A stretch of 64,000 nt of DNA from Takakia lepidozioides (taxonomy: Eukaryota > Plantae > Bryophyta): positions 72,540,001 to 72,604,000 of the forward strand of contig CM060733.1 of the NCBI GenBank assembly GCA_030704615.1, written 5' to 3'. Shown in pieces: positions 59,804 to 64,000 of the stretch. Each line of letters starts with the position of its first letter. Positions within the stretch are counted from its first letter, which is position 1. The notes under the pieces were generated by a model. That model was not told the origin of the DNA and did no database searches. It worked only from the letters and a program-made list of their open reading frames with translations. Position numbers and translations under genes: made by a program.

Positions 59804-62800
59804 ATGGGGTCGGGCAAGCCGAAGCGAAAGCGGAACGGCCCAAAAGATGATGACCCCGGTGAGCCCGATGGGGGCGACGTGTCACCGAGGCGGCCGTTTG
59901 AGGAAGCGATTAATGTTTCCGAAAACGAGGCCGCTCAGGAGCGGGAGGAATCCGAGGAGTCGGAGCCCGAGGAATCTTTGAGAGCTCCGACAAACCAAGA
60001 GATGCCTCCCATGCCGACAGCCTTTTGGGAAGGGTTGTTGGCGCAGTTTGGCGGGACGTTGAAAGACGTGTTGAAGGCGGCTAATGCCACTTCCACCAAG
60101 GCAAAGTTTAAGGTGAAGCCTAAGGAACCCGGCACCTTCGAGGGCGTTCGAAACCGGAAGGCACTCAACACCTGGCTCCTGGAGCTAGAGCAGTACTTCC
60201 GGGCGGCCAAGTTGAGTGACGAGGATCGGGTGGAAGTGGCTCCCACCTATTTGAGGGGCTATGCTCAACAATGGTGGCAGAAACGCCTTCACGACCGAGG
60301 CCCAAGCCCGGAAACCTTGAACTGGAGTGAGTTCAAGGAATTGATGAAGAGACAGTTTGTGCCCCTCAACGCATCCTGGCTTGCCCGGGACAAGATGAGG
60401 AATTTGAAGCAAACAGATGACATTCGGGGGTATGTCCAGGCTTTCAATGTGCTGTTGCTCGAAGTCGCGGACATGGCAGAACCAGAAATGGTCTTCAACT
60501 TTGTGGCGGGACTGGCCCCATGGGCTAGGCGGAAGTTGGAGGAGAAGCCACCCAAGACTTTGAACGAGGCAATTGAGAGAGCTGAATGTTTCTCGGATGT
60601 CCCTAGGGGTGAGAGACAAGGCCGTACGGAGCTGAACCACAAGAAGACCCGGCGGGAAGGTGACTCCTCCCGACCGGAAAAGAAGTGGGATAGGCCACGC
60701 GGCGAAAATGGCACGTGGAAATCGAAGGGAGGTCCCTCACACGTCAAGGCGGCACCCGGTGCTTCGAAAGGAAAAGCGGGTGGAGCGACTTATGGCGGAC
60801 AGAAGGCGACCTTTGATGGAGTGTGTTTCAATTGCGGGGAGCCCGGGCACATGGCCAAGAAGTGCACGAAGCCCCGGCAATTGAACATGACTCGGGCGAC
60901 CACGGAGCTGTCGGAAGATACCATCAGTCGCTTGGTGGAAGCGGTGGTCGCCAGGACTTGCAAGGTAGGCAAATTTTCTTGTGAGTTGTATCAGGAAACT
61001 GGCGCCTTACGAAAAGGGAGTCAGTTATTGTTCGTGGATGGGATAATATCCGGAACTAATGTGTCGTTGTTGGTGGACACAGGAGCGTCGCACTCCTTCA
61101 TGACGCCGGCGGCGGCGCGAAAGTTGGGACTCCCGACAAGTGACGTGGGGGCCTCTATTGAGGTGCGCTCTGCCAAAGGAGAACCTCAGTTGGCGACAAG
61201 GTTGGCGTTTGATGTTCCTCTTCAACTGGGGAGTTGGGAGGGACGTGAGAACTTCACTATCTGCGAGATCGATGGAGTGGATCTCATTTTGGGAATGACC
61301 TTTTTGAGCAAATCCGGAGCGGTCATAGATGGCCGCAAGAGAGTAGTCACGCTGCCATGTGGGAATGGTGGCGAGGTTTTACGAGTGTCGGAAACGCCCA
61401 AATCCGTGGGAGGGCGAATAAACCTTCTATCAGCAAAGGAGTGGGCCGTGGAGGAGACACACGAGTCCCAGTTTTTGCTTTACATTAGAGAAGTGAAAGG
61501 AGAAGGCGATGGGGAGCCGAGCCCAGATTGGATCAAGGGGATTTTGGAGAAATACCAGGATGTGATGCCAGAGGATTTACCAAGCGGCTTGCCACCGCGA
61601 AGAGGAGTTGACCACAAAATTGAGGTGATACCGGGATCGGAACCGCCTGCCAAGGCGCCCTACCGGTTGAGCCACAAAGAGTTGGTCGAGCTGAAGACTC
61701 AGCTCAAAGATCTAATGTCAAAGGGGTACATCCGGCCGAGTAAGTCACCTTACGGAGCCCCGGTGCTATTTGCAGACAAGAAGGATGGGACGCTGCGGAT
61801 GTGTGTCGATTACAGGGCTCTGAATAAGGTGACTATCAAAAACCGGTACCCTTTGCCAAGGATCGACGACCTCTTCGATCGGTTGGCAGGAGCGAAGTAT
61901 TTCAGCCGGATCGACTTGCGCTCCGGCTATCACCAAATTCGGGTGGCGGAAGGAGATGAGGAGAAGACCGCGTGCAGGACAAGGTATGGTTCATATGAGT
62001 TCTTGGTGATGCCTTTTGGGCTCACCAATGCACCAGCGACATTTAGCACGCTGATGAACAGCCTTTTCCAGGAGTGGTTGGATGACTTTGTGATCGTGTA
62101 CATCGACGACATCTTGGTGTACTCGAAAACAAAGGAGGAGCACCTGGAGCACCTCAAAAGGGTGTTCCAAAAATTGCGAGAAGGGAAGCTGTATGCCAAA
62201 GCTTCAAAGTGCGAATTCGGGGTCACAAAAGTGGAGTTCTTGGGGCACGTGATTACACAGGATGGGATCAAAATGGATGACAGAAAGGTGAGGGCGATCT
62301 TGGACTGGGAGCCTCCGACTTCGGTCCCGGGAGTGCGATCCTTCCTAGGACTCGCCTCCTATTACCGGAAGTATGTGAGAAATTTCGCCAAGATCGCGGG
62401 GCCGCTGTCGGACCTTCTGTGTAAATCCAAAGTCTGGGTATGGAACACATTTTGTGGCCAAGCTTTTGCTGAATTGAAGCAGCGGATGACGGAAGCTCCA
62501 GTCTTAAAAATCCCGGAGTTCGATCGTCCGTTTGAGATTCATACAGATGCATCAGACTTCGCAATTGGGGGTGTACTTATGCAAGATGGACGTCCAGTGG
62601 CTTACGAAAGTAAGAAACTGAATGAAGTGGAGCGACGGTGGCCGACGCACGAAAAAGAGATGAAGGCGGTGGTACATTGCCTTGAACTCTGGCGCCACTA
62701 TGTTGGTTCCAACCCAGTGAAGGTGTTCACGGACAATGTCACGGTGAAGTATTTTGCCACGCAGCCCAAGTTGTCCCCAAAACAACTTAGGTGGCAAGAT

Positions 62801-64000
62801 ACTTTGGCAGTGTTCGACGTGGATATCCAGTACAAACCGGGACGGGACAATGTGGTGGCCGATGCTTTAAGTAGAAAGCAGCAGCTCTTGTTGGTGTACA
62901 AGGGCGAGACGGCGCTCCAAAGGAAGATCCGGAAGGCTTGCCGGAAGGATGAGCTGGCAAAGTGCGTGATGCAGAACTTGAGAATGGGGGTTAAATCGCA
63001 GTTCCACTTGCAAAACGGACTGCTCCGGTATAAGCAAAAACGTCTCTATGTGCCAAAGGGAGGGATCAGGGATAGTCTCTTGAGAGAATGCCATGATAGC
63101 CCGCTTGCGGGCCACGGTGGAGCCAAGCGCACTGCGGCACTCTTGAAGAAAGAGTATTTCTGGCCCAAACTGAGGGAGGAGGCAGAGGAGTATGTAAAGA
63201 CATGCACCACATGCCAACAAAACCGGAGCGAGTATAAAAAGCAAGCGGGGCTGTTACAACCCTTGCCGATTCCAGAGGGGACTTGGGAAAGCGTCTCGAT
63301 GGATTTCATGACTGCTATGCCGCTGTCAAAAGGATTCGATGCAATCATGGTGGTGGTAGATAGGTTCAGTAAAATGGCCCATTTCATCCCCACCAAGGAG
63401 ACGGCTACTGCGCAGGAGACAGGGCGACTTTACTTCGCCCACGTCTTAAAGCATCATGGAGTCCCGAAGGATATTGTCTCGGACCGCGACCCAAAGTTTA
63501 CGAGTAAATTCTGGAGAGCACTTTGGAAGAAGATGGGGACGAGGCTGAAGATGAGCACCGCCTTCCGACCTACGACGGACGGCCAAACGGAAAGAGTGAA
63601 TTCCGTAGTGAAGCAATTCTTGCGGAATTACGTGTCGGCAGACCAATCAGACTGGATGGAACACTTAGACGCGGCAGAGTTCTGTTATAATAACACAGAA
63701 CACTCCGCGACGGGAGTTTCCCCTTTTGTGTTGGTCTATGGAAAAGCACCTCTGGTGCCGACAAGTTGGGCCGCCCAGGACGTTGAGGAACCGGCAGTAG
63801 CGGCGGTACTTGAAGAACGCGAGCGTTTGTTGAAGCTCGCAAAGTACAACATTGCCAAAGCTAGGAAACGGTATGAAAGGCAGGCGAATCGGAAGCGGAG
63901 GGAAGTGAAGTTTGAGGCAGGCACAGAGGTCTGGTTGAACATCAAGAATTTTCGACTACCTCCGGAAATGAGTCCGAAGTTCGTACCTCCGTATGCGGGT
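59804..64000 (+). CDS. Gypsy-C gag-pol polyprotein (partial, absent from ORF track because no stop in window)
   Basis: [14 protein letters not shown] knuckle, VDTGA protease, [10 protein letters not shown] and YIDD (62099, in frame with ATG 59804), TDASD RNase H, SDRD/DGQTER integrase. Confidence 0.9.
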   Translation, partial: MGSGKPKRKRNGPKDDDPGEPDGGDVSPRRPFEEAINVSENEAAQEREESEESEPEESLRAPTNQEMPPMPTAFWEGLLAQFGGTLKDVLKAANATSTKAKFKVKPKEPGTFEGVRNRKALNTWLLELEQYFRAAKLSDEDRVEVAPTYLRGYAQQWWQKRLHDRGPSPETLNWSEFKELMKRQFVPLNASWLARDKMRNLKQTDDIRGYVQAFNVLLLEVADMAEPEMVFNFVAGLAPWARRKLEEKPPKTLNEAIERAECFSDVPRGERQGRTELNHKKTRREGDSSRPEKKWDRPRGENGTWKSKGGPSHVKAAPGASKGKAGGATYGGQKATFDGVCFNCGEPGHMAKKCTKPRQLNMTRATTELSEDTISRLVEAVVARTCKVGKFSCELYQETGALRKGSQLLFVDGIISGTNVSLLVDTGASHSFMTPAAARKLGLPTSDVGASIEVRSAKGEPQLATRLAFDVPLQLGSWEGRENFTICEIDGVDLILGMTFLSKSGAVIDGRKRVVTLPCGNGGEVLRVSETPKSVGGRINLLSAKEWAVEETHESQFLLYIREVKGEGDGEPSPDWIKGILEKYQDVMPEDLPSGLPPRRGVDHKIEVIPGSEPPAKAPYRLSHKELVELKTQLKDLMSKGYIRPSKSPYGAPVLFADKKDGTLRMCVDYRALNKVTIKNRYPLPRIDDLFDRLAGAKYFSRIDLRSGYHQIRVAEGDEEKTACRTRYGSYEFLVMPFGLTNAPATFSTLMNSLFQEWLDDFVIVYIDDILVYSKTKEEHLEHLKRVFQKLREGKLYAKASKCEFGVTKVEFLGHVITQDGIKMDDRKVRAILDWEPPTSVPGVRSFLGLASYYRKYVRNFAKIAGPLSDLLCKSKVWVWNTFCGQAFAELKQRMTEAPVLKIPEFDRPFEIHTDASDFAIGGVLMQDGRPVAYESKKLNEVERRWPTHEKEMKAVVHCLELWRHYVGSNPVKVFTDNVTVKYFATQPKLSPKQLRWQDTLAVFDVDIQYKPGRDNVVADALSRKQQLLLVYKGETALQRKIRKACRKDELAKCVMQNLRMGVKSQFHLQNGLLRYKQKRLYVPKGGIRDSLLRECHDSPLAGHGGAKRTAALLKKEYFWPKLREEAEEYVKTCTTCQQNRSEYKKQAGLLQPLPIPEGTWESVSMDFMTAMPLSKGFDAIMVVVDRFSKMAHFIPTKETATAQETGRLYFAHVLKHHGVPKDIVSDRDPKFTSKFWRALWKKMGTRLKMSTAFRPTTDGQTERVNSVVKQFLRNYVSADQSDWMEHLDAAEFCYNNTEHSATGVSPFVLVYGKAPLVPTSWAAQDVEEPAVAAVLEERERLLKLAKYNIAKARKRYERQANRKRREVKFEAGTEVWLNIKNFRLPPEMSPKFVPPYAG

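Larger units (their letters stand above)
59023..64000 (+). mobile_element. Gypsy-C, chromovirus-like Ty3/gypsy element, runs off window
   Basis: LTR, PBS and uninterrupted gag-pol; inserted in pol of the older Gypsy-A-like copy. Confidence 0.92.

Noticed and set aside
59935-63945. Numerous minus-strand ORFs over Gypsy-C
   Set aside because: Antisense shadows of the GC-rich gag-pol frame

Overview
Eukaryotic, transposon-only window, most likely from a land plant; a non-seed plant is plausible but is inference. No host genes were recognised. It is a nest of (i) several copies of a non-chromoviral Ty3/gypsy family ('Gypsy-A', ~1 kb LTRs, tRNA-Arg-like PBS, extra ORFs 5' of gag and 3' of pol), (ii) a young 10.9 kb Ty3/gypsy element ('Gypsy-B', 16257-27163) whose termini are permuted like a two-LTR circle junction, (iii) the 5' part of an intact chromovirus-like element ('Gypsy-C', 59023-end), and (iv) a complete 13.7 kb Mutator-like DNA transposon (31104-44793, 9-bp TSD) plus a second inverted, truncated copy and a probable third fragment. 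The MULE is the most interesting system. Divergent from its transposase it carries a spliced ~1150-aa gene fusing a ParB-like (DGNHR) domain to an N6A/N4C-type DNA methyltransferase-like domain. Its non-coding DNA is packed with an 18-bp palindrome (AATTTCGGCGCCGAAATT) kept at ~63-64 bp, helically phased spacing. It also has small paralogous ORFs, one of which sits in a palindrome-bounded 1.24 kb segment present in one copy and absent in the other. All domain calls are by eye from motifs; no searches were run.
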